The translations under genes and the position numbers were made by a program. From Octopus sinensis (taxonomy: Eukaryota): a stretch of DNA of 64,000 bases. Location: the NCBI RefSeq assembly GCF_006345805.1, contig NC_043002.1, positions 49,600,001 to 49,664,000 on the forward strand, written 5' to 3'. The stretch's first letter is position 1. Each line of letters begins with the position of its first letter. Positions 12,476-24,232 of the stretch are shown piece after piece. Below the pieces are notes generated by a model, which had not been told where the DNA came from, did not search any database, and saw nothing but the letters and a program-made list of their open reading frames with translations.

Positions 12476-12884
12476 ATTCAAAGAAGTCCATCTAAGGACT
12501 TCACCTATATCTCATCATGTCTATCTATTTAGATAGTTTAATAGAAGTCCTCCTATAGACTCCACCTGTGCTTCAGTTGAAACTTTCTACACACACTGCT
12601 CCATGACAGAAAGCAGTGACATATTTTCTCTCCAGTTCATGCTACTGACCAACTTCATGTCACTTCCTGCTGCACAAATCATTTTGTAATTCACTCCTCC
12701 TCAGACTTTTTCCATACATGAATCTTCTATACACAACCTAAACACTACCAAGCCAGACATGCACTGATTCTGTTAAAATAAACCTCACAAACAATCCTCC
12801 TATGGGGGTGGGTAGGTTACATGGCATCTTAAAATCTTGGTACTGATGAAGGAGACTATCATAACATACATCATATAAAACAGT

Positions 12885-12986
12885 CTACTCACAAGGCTTT
12901 GGTTGGCCCAAGGCTATAATAGAAGACACTGAACCTGGAACCATGTGGTTGAAGCAACCTTCTTACCACTGAGCCACATCTGCACC

Positions 12987-13000
<14 letters not shown>
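12885..13000 (-). mobile_element. SINE family A fragment, CpG-decayed
   Basis: cacaaggctttggttggcccaaggctataatagaagacact...cttaccact; reverse complement of the family A head and body. Confidence 0.75.
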
Positions 13001-13071
<71 letters not shown>

Positions 13072-13075
<4 letters not shown>

Positions 13076-13300
13076 TGGAGTAAGTACATAAATGCAAAAC
13101 AAGGTGGAACAAATAGTACTCAAATACTAGAGGTAGAGTAACATGCTTTGTTAAAAAGCAACAATATCACAAAAGCTGTTATTCAGAGTTTCATGTTCCC
13201 GTTTGTCAGACAGTTTTGTTTCAAATCTAAACAAAACTGTGTGAACGTGAAACTCTGAGTAACAGTTTTTGTGATATTTCTGCTGCTTTTTAATAAAGTA
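13072..13300. mobile_element. Penelope-like terminal repeat with ~150-bp fold-back palindrome
   Basis: Arms 13146-13220 and 13229-13297 are imperfect reverse complements. They contain a hammerhead-like ctgacaaacgggaacatgaaac (minus) and a partly deleted gaacgtgaaac (plus). Confidence 0.55.
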
Positions 13301-13332
13301 CACATGCACACACACACATTTATATATGTATA

Positions 13333-13369
<37 letters not shown>

Positions 13370-13379
13370 CATAAACATG

Positions 13380-13540
13380 ACAAGGTTTCAGTTTCCATTT
13401 ACCAAATCCACTCAGAAGGCTTTGGGTGGCCCATGGCTATAGTAGGAGACGCTTGCCCAACATGCCACGCCCTGGGACTGAAGCCTGAACTATGTGATTG
13501 GAAGCAAGCTTCTTACCACACAGCCACTCCTGCACCTATC
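13380..13540 (-). mobile_element. SINE family A 5' half
   Basis: tttccattaccaaatccactcag...gctatagtagg...cttaccacacagccactcctgcacc. Confidence 0.8.
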
Positions 13541-13619
13541 TAGGTATGTGAATTGAGCATATGTTAATACCTCCTTGACTTGATATAGTTTGATTATTGT
13601 GAATGAACATTCATTTCTA

Positions 13620-13925
13620 ATCATCATCATCATCATCATCGTTTAACGTCCGCTTTCCATGCTAGCATGGGTTGGACGATTTTGACTGAGGGCTAGCAAA
13701 CCAGATGGCTGCACCAGGCTCCAATCTTCATTTGGCAGAGTTTCTACAGCTGGATGTCCTTCCTAAAGCCAATATTCAGCAAAATCATGTCTGGCCATGG
13801 AAAAATATAAGTTTGCTTGAAAACAGGTGAAGGTCGGCAACAGTAAGGGCATCCAGCAGTAAAAACAATTCCACCTCAAATAACTACATCCAGCCCATGA
13901 TAGCATGGTAAAGAGAACGTTAAAA
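13620..13925. mobile_element. Two opposed RTE-type tail fragments
   Basis: (cat)n cgtttaacgtccgctttccatgc...tttctacagctggatgtccttcc on minus, followed by gggcatccagcagtaaaa...catggtaaagagaacgttaaaatgat on plus. Confidence 0.6.
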
Positions 13926-14940
13926 TGATTATGGTGGCGGTGGTGACATTTGCATCCCTGGAACTGTGGCTTTATGTTTATCATCTTCCTACCATGTGGT
14001 TCCCTACGGGCATGGACTTTCACAATCTCAACATATCAGTTGGTGTGTGTAAATGTGTGGTGTGTGTATGCGAGAGAGAGAGAGAGCAGTGGACTCAACT
14101 TCTGCTCTCTGAACGCTTATACTGAGCTAAGAGTTTGTGCTTGTGTCAATCGATTTCTCTCTCTCTCTCTCTATCACACACACATGATAGAGACAGATAG
14201 ACAGACGGAGAGAAACGTGTAGATTCAGTGTAAGTGTTCAGTACAGCATTCGGCCAGGTTAACCTATGAGATAATAGGACATTGGTAACTATAATTATGA
14301 TAAATAGACAATGGTCATTCTTATCAAATAACATTCCTACAAGGGAAGAAACTAGAAATAAATTGAGGGAAAACGTTTAAGAGTAGATGTCGGAGTTGGG
14401 GGGGAAAAACCATATTTCAAATTGATGAGGTAGCTGACCTCTCTCAAAATTATTCAATTTGACAGGAGATTGACGTTACTAAGGGGACATAATACACGGT
14501 TAAAGCCCACATCTTCGGAGAAAGAACGAACGAAAGTTCTTGGTTTGATGTACGACGATGCAAGAGAGTTAATTTATACATTTTATTTTAGTCTTCGATT
14601 ATTATTTGTAGTACTGTGACTGCACCGATGATCAGGTCTTTCGACTTGTTTGTGCGACATTTCTGACTATAGAGTCTCTTAATTCTTTTTTCCGAACTTT
14701 CTACCTGATTTAAACTGCTAGAAATAGCTGTAAAAACTCCTTAAAACCACACCTTTCGATCTTTAATAAAGAAGGACACCATAGATGTCGATAAAAACCA
14801 GTTATTTACTGAGTCATTTGGTATCATTTGATCATCCCCCCTCCTCACCAAATCGCTGGTCAATTGTCTCAACTCGAAACCAATGCTATTATTCAACGTC
14901 TCTACGTTATTATTCAATTGTCTCAACTAGAAACCAATGT

Positions 14941-15620
14941 TATGGCGGCGAGCTGGCAGAATCGTTAGCACGCCAGGCAAAATGCTCAGCAAGATTTCGT
15001 CCGTCTTTATGTTCTGAGTTCAAATTCCGCTGAGGTCGACTTTGCCTTTCATCCTTTCGGAGTTGATAAATTAAGTACCTATTACGTACTGGGGTTCGAT
15101 ATAATCGACCAGCCCCTACCCCAAAACTTCAGTTCTTGTGCCTATAGTAGAAAGGATTATTTAAGGTGGTGAGCTAGTAGAATTGTTAGCACGCTGGGCG
15201 AAATGCTTTGCGGCATTTCGTCCATCTTAACGTTCAGAGTTCAAATTCAAGCGAGGCGACTTTGCCTTTCATCCTTTCGGGGTCGATAAAATAAATACCA
15301 GTTGAACACTGAGATGGATGTAATCGACTTATCCTCTACCCCAAAATTGCTAGTCTTGTGCCAAAATATGAATTTATTATTTAACAGGTCAATGAAGGTA
15401 CCTTTCATCCTTTCCCACTTGATAAAATTGGTGCTAGTTAAGCACTGGTGTCGATGTAATTGATTGGCTCCTTCCCGTAAAGTTGCTAGCCTATAACAAT
15501 AATAAAAAGAATGTTAAACTATAAACTGGCAGAATTGTTATTGCGCTAGATAAAAATCCTTAGCGGCCCTTCTTCCGTCTCTACACGTCCTGGATTCAAA
15601 TTCTGTCGCGATTCTACCTG
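14941..15620 (+). mobile_element. Head-to-tail stack of family B SINEs, CpG-intact
   Basis: ggcggcgagctggcagaatcgttagcacgcc...ttctgagttcaaattccgc...gtcgactttgcctttcatcctttcgg...ggggtcgat. The A and B boxes are separated by a long spacer. Confidence 0.9.
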
Positions 15621-15697
15621 ATGTTAAAATTAATTTGTTTGAAATTTTAAGGTGTTTCTATTTTGTCCAACCCCTGTGTATGTGTATATATATATAT

Positions 15698-15945
15698 AGG
15701 CGCAGGCTCCGTGTTCAATCCCACTGCGTGACACCTTGAACGAGTATCTTCTACTATTGACTCGGGCCGACCAAAGCCTTGAGAGTGGATTTGGTAGACG
15801 AAAACTGAAAGCCGGTTGTATATATATATATAGATGGATATACGTGTGTTTGCCCTACCCCCACCGATGCTGGTGTTTTTACGTCCCCATAACCTAGAGG
15901 TTCAACAGAAGGACCGATAGAATATGTACTAGGCTTACAAAACCC
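15698..15945 (+). mobile_element. SINE family A, internally deleted
   Basis: ggcgcagg...gttcaatcccactgcgtgacacc...tggatttggtagacg...(ta)n...tttacgtcccc. Confidence 0.75.
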
Positions 15946-16354
15946 TTTAAGCGCTATATATATATATATATATATATATTATGTAGCCCTTAAAACGGTT
16001 TTGTGCATTTACAGAGAATACCGGACTGTCTTACAGAAGGTCTTGTTTTTAGGAATTTCCAATAAGTTATGAATACTCAAATTGTGAAGTCATTTACGTA
16101 ATAACATGAAATTAGTTGCCCGGTTGTAAGAATTCAAATAAATAGGCATGGAAAGGGCTTTAATGCATTCCCAGAGTATTTAGAACTTAGGAGAAAAAAC
16201 TAATAAGGTATGTATACCAAAATCGTGAAGCATGTTACGTAATAACAAAGTAATCACATATGAGATAATAACAATTCTAAGTAAAGAACTCTGAAAAGGG
16301 GCTTTGTGCGTTCCCAGAACGCTAGTGTTGTTATATTCGTGAATAAGTCACTAA

Positions 16355-16715
16355 TAGGCGTAGGAGTAGCTGTGTGGTAAGTAGCTTGATTACCAACCAC
16401 ATGGTTCCGGGTTCAGTGTCTTCTACTATAGCCTCGGGCCAACCAAAGCCATGTGAGTGGATTTGGTAGACGGAAACTGAAAAGAAGCCCATTGTATATA
16501 TGTATGTGTGTGTATGTTTGTGTATCTGTGTTTGTCCCCCCATCATCGCTTGACAACTGATGCTGTGTGTTTACGTCCCCGTAACTTAGCGACTCGGCAA
16601 AAGAGACCGATAGAATAAGTACTAGGCTTACAAAGGATAAGTCATGGGGTCGATTTGCTCGACTAAAAGGCGGTGCTCTAGCATGGCCGCAATCAAATGA
16701 CTGAAACAAGTAAAG
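16355..16715 (+). mobile_element. SINE family A, near full length
   Basis: ggcgtaggagtagctgtgtggtaagtagc...internal (ta/tg)n...ggcggtgctctagcatggccgcaatcaaatgactgaaacaagtaaa. Confidence 0.9.
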
Positions 16716-17119
16716 GAGTAACCGAAATAAGTGGATCTATTGTTTAGGAAAATATTATTTACTTGTTTAAGGGTTGTACTGGATAAATTGCGAAAATAAC
16801 TCTAACAGTTAAAATACTAAGAAATAAGCATACTCAATTTGATTTATACCAAATAATTTAGGAAAAGGAATGATTTATTTCTCTTGGCTGTTGAAATCTG
16901 GGCGAATGAGTTATTTCCCTTGACTGTTAAAATGAAATATACTATATATAAGGATCCCTTCCAGGGGCCCTATTATCAATTTTTATAACAATCTGAATAT
17001 GCTATGAGGTTTCCAGACATGAGTTCTACTCACGTGTCAAGTTTCATCAAAATCGATGAAACAATGTCGGAGGAGTTAGCTAACAACTCCACAAACACCA
17101 CCAGACAGAATTTCTCCGC

Positions 17120-17189
17120 CCCCATATATATATATACATACACACATACATACACAAACACACACATATATATATATATTTACATACAT

Positions 17190-17229
<40 letters not shown>

Positions 17230-17266
17230 CACACACACACATATATATATATATTTACATACATAC

Positions 17267-17335
<69 letters not shown>

Positions 17336-17345
17336 TTACATACAT

Positions 17346-17377
<32 letters not shown>

Positions 17378-17568
17378 TTACATACATACACACACACACA
17401 TATTTACATACACACACCACACATATTTACATACATACACACACACAACACATTATATACAAACACACACACACACACAACATATATTTACACACACCAC
17501 ACACACACACATATTTACATACACACACACACACACAACATATTTACATACACACACACACACCACAC

Positions 17569-17605
<37 letters not shown>
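17120..17605. repeat. Compound (TA)n/(TACA)n/(CA)n minisatellite, ~30-34 bp unit
   Basis: Repeating atatatatatttacatacatacacacacacacac. Confidence 0.9.
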
Positions 17606-17607
<2 letters not shown>

Positions 17608-17847
17608 GCACATACATTATACATTGGGTGTGTTCTACCTGTAAATCATTTGAATTTTGAGTACACACGAAATAACGGTTGATGTCGGGTAGAGGGAAAA
17701 GAGAGAAAATGGACAAGAGAGGAACAATAATGGAGGGAAGATAATAGACCGAGTGGAGAGAAGAAAAGTGATATATACATATATTATATACGTATAATAT
17801 GCATATATACACGCATATATATGTATATATACACCACACACACGCAC

Positions 17848-17878
<31 letters not shown>

Positions 17879-18299
17879 ATTACACATATACATACATGCA
17901 TACACACACACATGATATATATGGTTTGTGATTTCGTAATTTATCCCAGTGTGAATACCCTTCCCCACGTGAGATTGAATGATGGTAAGCTAAGTAAACG
18001 AGTGAGATCTACAGATATAAATATAAGAATCAAAGTAAACTATCTGAGCTAACTCACCTGTACTCCATAATTTATTAGTATACTCGTGCTGTCAACAATG
18101 ACAGACGTTTCAATCTCTACAGCTGAGATGAATTTTCTTTCTTTTATCTTGTTTTTTTAAATTTTTTTTTACTCGGGTTAATTAATATTCTTTTCTTCTC
18201 TTGAATTGTTTAATCTGTGTTTTTTTCCTATTACAAAAAGAAAACATTTTTATCAATTATATTACTCATCCAGTCTATCGGATGTAGTCATACGTCACT

Positions 18300-18695
18300 G
18301 ATCACAAGGCGCTTTCTCGCTTTGTTTTACGTAGCCTTCAAATGAAGGAACGAACAGACCAATATTCCCCTTGAAAGGGATACCAGTCCATTGTAAAGTT
18401 ATCAATTGTAAGTGGACTGGAGCAATGTAAAATGAAGTGTTTTGCTCAAGAACACAATGCGTCACTGGTCGGGGAATTGAAGCCATGATCTTGCGATCTC
18501 GAAAGCAACAGCCTAACCACAAGGCCAGTGGTTCCCAACCTGGGGTCCACGGGTCTCTGGTGGTCCGCAAAGGTACTACTAGGGGTCTGTGAACTAAATT
18601 CAAAATTTCATACAAGGATAAGCATGTTAAAAGGGGTCTGTGGGAAAACTCATTTGAATAAAAGGGTGGGGAACCACTGCAGTAGGCCATGCATT
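18300..18695 (-). mobile_element. tRNA-derived SINE with V-domain-like core, interrupted by a hAT MITE
   Basis: Reverse complement gcatggcct[MITE]gtggttaggctg...cttcaattcc...gtgttcttgagcaaaacac...atggactggtatccc; related to 35068-35313. Confidence 0.6.
18526..18679. mobile_element. hAT-type MITE, 154 bp
   Basis: TIR cagtggttccc / gggaaccactg. Imperfect 8-bp TSD cacaaggc (18518-18525) / cagtaggc (18680-18687). Confidence 0.8.
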
Positions 18696-20164
18696 ATCAC
18701 TTATCATTTAGTCCAGTAAATTGTCTTTCCAACCCACCATACTTGACTGGTACTTTGCTTTACTAGTCCCCGCAGGATGAAAGGCAATGTTGACTTCACC
18801 CGGATTCGAACTCGAAGCATAAATTTTAAAAATTTAAAAAAAGGTAAAGTTACCGACTCATAAGGGTCGGTTTCCCGGTTTCATGATGTATGTATTCCCC
18901 ACCTGGGTGGAACGCAGATTCGTCGCAGGATTATTCCTTTTTGCCAGTGAAATGAAGTGTTTCGGGGTCGATTAAATATGTACCAGTTACACACTGGGGT
19001 TTAATGTAATCGACTATGCCCCTCTCCCAAAATTTCAGGCCTTGTGCCTATAGCGAAAAGGATTATTATTAATAGTAGTAATAAGGTAGCGAGCTGGCAG
19101 AATCATTATCAGGTTGTATACAATGCTTAGTAGTATTCCTTCTGGTTCTTTGAGGGTTGATAAAATAAGTACCGGCTGAGCACTACGGATGATGTAGTCA
19201 ACTTGATCCTTTTCCTGAAAATGGCTTACCTTGGGCCAAAACTTGAAACAATTATTATTGCGAGAACGGTGGGCTGGTAGGATCGCTAGAGTGTCGGGAA
19301 AATGCTTTGAGGTTTTCCTTACAGCTCTTTACGTTCAGAGTTCAAATCCCGCCGAGATAAACTTTGCTTTTCGTCCCACCAAGCTCGACGAAATAAAGTA
19401 TCAGTCAAGTATTGGGGTCGAGGGTAACGGTTAACCCTTCCCCTCAAAATTGCCCATTACTACTATTATACTATTATAACTCTTGAACTATCGGGACGAC
19501 TCTTTAGACTGACTGTTAGCAATAAAGTGATTTACTTGTCATCCATACATTTCTTTTAAGTCTAGTTAATCCTGTGGATATATGGAAACGACATTGCAAG
19601 CGAAAGGTGTTAGTTGTTACAAGCAAGTAACCAGATGGAGTTGTGAGTAATTATTCAAATAGTATGCAGGGATTGTGATGAAAATATTGATGACTTATTT
19701 AATTTGAATCCAACGATTGTTTGAAAACGAGCAAATATCACTCGTAACTATATTTAAATAGCAGAATGCAAAGGGCAGGTATTATGTGTATAAAGTGTAG
19801 GAAGAGCAACTTAGCAAGGTTGCCAGATCAATTAGAAAAAGAGAGAGAGAGAGAAAAGAGAAAAAAACAAACGTACACACTATGTATGTGTGCGTTGAGA
19901 AAAAGGGGGAGTGTGTGCGTGCTGAAAAATGGTAAAACAAATACGGTTATAGATAATCATCAAGCAGTGCTGAGATAAATTCGAAACTTAAAACCGCAGT
20001 TCTTTCATCCAAGGCAGGTACCTTCTGTGTAGTAAGTCAGCTATAAGAACGATCACCATCGAGCGGGTATGGAAGTATTAAAAACAAAAAAAACAAAAAT
20101 AGGCGTATTAAGTGTATTTACATGAGAAGTTGTGTATACAAGTAAATGAATTATGTAATCAAGT

Positions 20165-20316
20165 GATATCTTTACAGCTGTTTCGGATAAACAGTGACTG
20201 GTGCCACAAACGTGTACATTATGAAATGAGCTCCAAATGATATTGTAGGTGTATGAATTAACACGGGCTTTGAGACACACGTAATGCGAAATAATGTTCA
20301 CCTCATCAGAACTATG
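20165..20316 (-). ncRNA. Hammerhead-ribozyme-like motif with ~110-nt stem II insertion (Penelope-like context)
   Basis: Minus strand CTGATGA-G...C-GAAAC-AGCT-GTA: both conserved core blocks, a palindromic stem III and a GUA triplet in type I order. Stem I pairing is weak. Confidence 0.45.
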
Positions 20317-20322
20317 GCAAAT

Positions 20323-20361
<39 letters not shown>

Positions 20362-20499
20362 ATAAATATATATAGGCCTGCTCGCTTAGCCAGCGGGGTG
20401 GCGTCATTTGAAGGCTAAAACAATGCGAAGCGCATTGTGACCAGCGATGTGTAGCAATATCTGAGAGCCTGGTCGGTCACGGTTATATATATATATATA

Positions 20500-20710
20500 T
20501 GTTGTTCAACATGTGACCTCGTGAGCACCGCCAGCAATTTTTTTTCCTCTGTCTTCCCTTGGGATCTTTCCTTCTTTTTTGTTTCCGACGAAGAGCTCCG
20601 CTCGAAACGTTAAACCCTCCTTCTTCCCTTCTTTCCTGAGCGTCCAATAATACTTTATTTGTTCCACGTCCTCGCGTTGCTGTGTTTTTTTGTGTTTTCT
20701 TGTTTGGAGA
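20500..20710 (+). mobile_element. Penelope-like terminal repeat with hammerhead-like core
   Basis: CCGACGA-A-GAGC-tcc-GCTC-GAAACG at 20585-20609, with downstream gagcGTC as a possible cleavage triplet. Confidence 0.6.
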
Positions 20711-21254
20711 GAGAAGGAGCCTATGTGTGCAAACCTGAAAAGCAATGCGTTCTGCTAATTGTACTTCATTGTAACCAGCCTGCAAATTAGAACAAAGGGA
20801 TGCCCAGTAGGAACAACAAAACATCTTCGATGGAGTACGCCTCAGAACAACTCGTGTCTAATTCGCTCAACTATTTCTACTCCCAGTTAGATAAAGAAAA
20901 AACATGCGCGCGTGCGCACACATCAAGCAAAGTGTCACAGATGTCAAATTAGTGTTAAATCTATTTAATACACGAATCATTAAAACGCTAATCAGAAGTA
21001 AATATTTGGTTCAGTTCAATTCGTTATACACCAATAACCAACTTGCCGTTACCTCCAACAACGACTGGATCTATACAAATGTTGTTGACAAGTTTTTCCT
21101 TCCTAACATTCTGTATCTAAGCGTCACCTACAAGCATGCAACCCAATGAATAAAAACCATTACAGCATATATCAGAGAACATTATCGCATCTTATGTTAC
21201 CTTTAAACACGAAAAACACAAAACTAGAGCCCCCACGACCGTTGTCATTAATGA

Positions 21255-21440
21255 TCTCTTCAAGAAAGTGCACATCCTAAACGCAACAAAGACTGCAGCT
21301 AAAAGAGTGGCCTTTCTCTTCAGGGCCAGAAACTATATTAACCACTTCATCCTCCGTCAACCACTAATCTTCGACAAAGCGTATCTGCGGCCAACAACGG
21401 TATACTACTCCTACACCAATGACGATGCTGCTACACACAC
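21255..21440 (+). pseudogene. CR1/L2-superfamily LINE reverse transcriptase C-terminal remnant
   Basis: HILNATKTAAKRVAFLFRARNY...LIFDKAYLRPTTVYYSY resembles the conserved post-RT motif HI...K.A...LGFLFR.R.YF....L..LYKA.IRP.LEY.S. Confidence 0.6.
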
Positions 21441-22304
21441 CATTATAGCATCTCGGTACACCCTCCGAACATATTTCGATATTATAACGACCTCATAAGC
21501 GAAGCATAGCCTTCGTTACATTTGCGTAAGAAAGAATCGTTTAATAAATAAATATAAAACGAATGGGGGTTTGGTGTAAGAAACTAGAATTGTTTAGAAA
21601 ATAAATAGTTCAGAAACGCCATCTACATGAAAAACAGCAGTTAAGTTCGTGTTAAACATATTTATTGCAGCGTAAAGAGAGCATTAGAAAGTTAATGAGA
21701 AATAAATATGCGGTGAGGAAATATAAAAAGGATATCGTTCAATGACTCATATTATTTTCACAGCTGGTCTAGTTGGTAGGATGTCGAAGTTCTGTGAAAA
21801 CGGGTCAGTGATAGCTCGGTGTTTCGTATCTCGTTACCAATGCAATATAATGTGCTAGTATAGTTAAACTTTTGCTCAGAAATGTTATTCTAGGCAGGTA
21901 CATCTCATACCATTGTTGTTGCTTTTGTATAGCTACAAGTTTGCTTCAGTTGAACAGGCTTATGACCAAAGCTGTTCCAGTTGTGACAATCCCATCTCTC
22001 TTACCCATTTTGTTTTTCTTCATATGCTGTATCCAGAACTTACATATTTCAATGTCTTGCTTTTCTTGTGTGATTTTAAGTAGATTTAGCTACAGTTATT
22101 TGCAAGACAAGATGCCGTGTAGAGGTTCTTCTATTCGTCATGTCGGTGTAATCACAATAATCTTTATTTTACTAGAACGTTTAAATACATAGAAATAGGA
22201 AGGGTGTGCAAGTATTTTCAACTGTAGCCCCGGGCCGACCAATGCATTGTGTGCGAATATGGTAGATGGAAAATATGTATAAGCCCATCGTGTGTGTGTG
22301 TGTG

Positions 22305-22352
<48 letters not shown>

Positions 22353-22779
22353 GTCCCCATAACTTAGGGATTGGCAGGCCCCATAATTAGGGCTTTGGCA
22401 GGAAGAGACCGATATAATAAGTACCAGACTCCAAAAGTAAGTCCTGGGGTCGATTTGTTCGACTAAAACCCTTGATGATAGTGTCCCACCATGGCTGCAG
22501 TCTGATGACTAAGATAAATGAAAAATAATAATAAGAAAAAAAAGAAAAAAGATAAATTCGATGATAAACATGGCCACAGCCTTTGGCTTAGGCTATCAAT
22601 AAATGAATGAGGGGAAAATTAAAACGAAAGACACGAACGAGATAATACCTATTTTCGTCTCATCGATTGCAGTGTGTGTGTATAGATAGGTATAGATATA
22701 TTAATAAATGAAATAAAACATATGCATATATATAAACATATATGTACGTACCTACCTCTACATGTACATATACACGCAT

Positions 22780-23100
22780 ATATGAGTACAGGACACCAAA
22801 GGGACGTCGTACACAATGAGAAACGAAAACATAGACACAAACCAAAGGAACTGGACATTTATGTAAAAACAGCAAAAAAAAATAGAATACAGGACAATTA
22901 ACACAAAGAAAAAACTCCTTCTTCAGTCGCTAAGGTTTCATCTACTCTACGTTTCGAAGGATAAAAGCGAGACGTATCTTCGACAAGAAACTTTCCTTCT
23001 GAAAAGCAAATCATTAAAATTCTGAGATTTTTCGCAGAGGGGTAAAAAATGGTAAAAAAATGGTAAAAAATACAGGACAGTAACGACAGTACAAAAATCT
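22780..23100 (-). mobile_element. Penelope-like terminal repeat with degenerate hammerhead core
   Basis: Minus strand TTGTCGA-agata...tatcctt-C-GAAACG at 22951-22986. Confidence 0.45.
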
Positions 23101-24232
23101 AATATGAGAGAGAGATGGAGAGAGAGAGATTGTCAACAATAGGGAGAGAAATGGTTAACAAATGAAAGGAAGTAACAAGAACGATGAGTGTGTGAGAGAG
23201 GGAGAGAGAGAGAAAGGAATGGGAGTTCAGATGGACAAATGAAAGAAGGCAATTGGTGAAAGCGATATATGAGAGAACCATTTATGAGATAGAGGGGCGC
23301 AAAATTGATATAAAAAGGAAAATGAAAGTGAGGAGGAGTGAGTGGTTGACAAATGAAGCGGGAGAGACAGTGCTGAAAATGAAAAAAATGAAAGCAATAA
23401 TATTTTTTTGTTGTTTTAGTTTTTCCATATTGACAAAAGCAAAGAAAATTGTAGGTCGAAAGAGGAGATGTAAGAAGAAAGGGGGAGTGATTACTAAAAG
23501 CGAAAAAGAAAAATGGATTAATGATTTTAAAAATATATTTTCCGTCATACAAGTCGAAAAAGAAAAATGGATTAATGATATAAAAATATCATATTTTCCG
23601 TCATACAAGTCGAGGTATATAAGTATATAGAGTGAATATGTAATATAAACATTGAAACATCTTCACTATCTTTCCAAATCCTGTTACATATCATATGCAA
23701 TTCTTGGTCCTTCAAAGTTGTCTTGGTGTATAAGTCGACTAGTCCCCTCCCACCAATTTTCAGGCTTTGTGCCTTCAGCAGAAAGGATTATTATTGGCAT
23801 TGCTGTCTTGTCACCGAGGACTGAGCCGTTGAATGCGCTTGTCTGGCGCCACATTCCTGGCATTCTGCTTCTTTTCCTTGTCACTGCGAACCCGCATCTT
23901 ACTTCAACAACAGTTAACAACTAAGCCCTGCAGATCCTTACACCCCGACGCCAACATCACCTGACTGGAATATGAAGAAGTGAGTGGTGTGAAGCGTCTC
24001 AAACTTACCAAAGACTATACGACAGAAAAGATCTTTTTTTAATTAAATTATTGGTAACTGTTTGGTTTGTCAAATTTGTCGACATTATCTGTCAGTAGTT
24101 TGAAACATGAAGAGGTGGTGGTGGCGCAGGCTTGATGTTTGATTTGACGTTTACTCTCAGGAAGAAAGGCAAGAGACGTATTGCTCAGACGGTTCACCCT
24201 TTTCACTTGCAATATTCTTCAGATTTTAAAGC

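Larger units (their letters stand above)
10965..12570 (+). repeat. Degenerate ~60-65 bp tandem satellite (about 10 units) split by later insertions
   Basis: Recurrent gaagtccatcta(t/a)agactccacctgt...ctatctattta.atagata at ~10990, 11055, 11115, 11595, 11655, 11710, 11770, 11835, 12480 and 12545. Confidence 0.75.

Noticed and set aside
10965-12570. Repeat-spacer appearance suggesting a CRISPR-like array
   Set aside because: The whole ~62-bp unit is homologous and diverged, with no unique spacers and no cas genes, in a eukaryotic context.
18058-18122. Perfect CAG|GTGAGT donor on minus with open frame VEIETSVIVDSTSILINYGVQ
   Set aside because: No pyrimidine tract at any upstream AG. One such 9-mer is plausible by chance in 128 kb of strand sequence.
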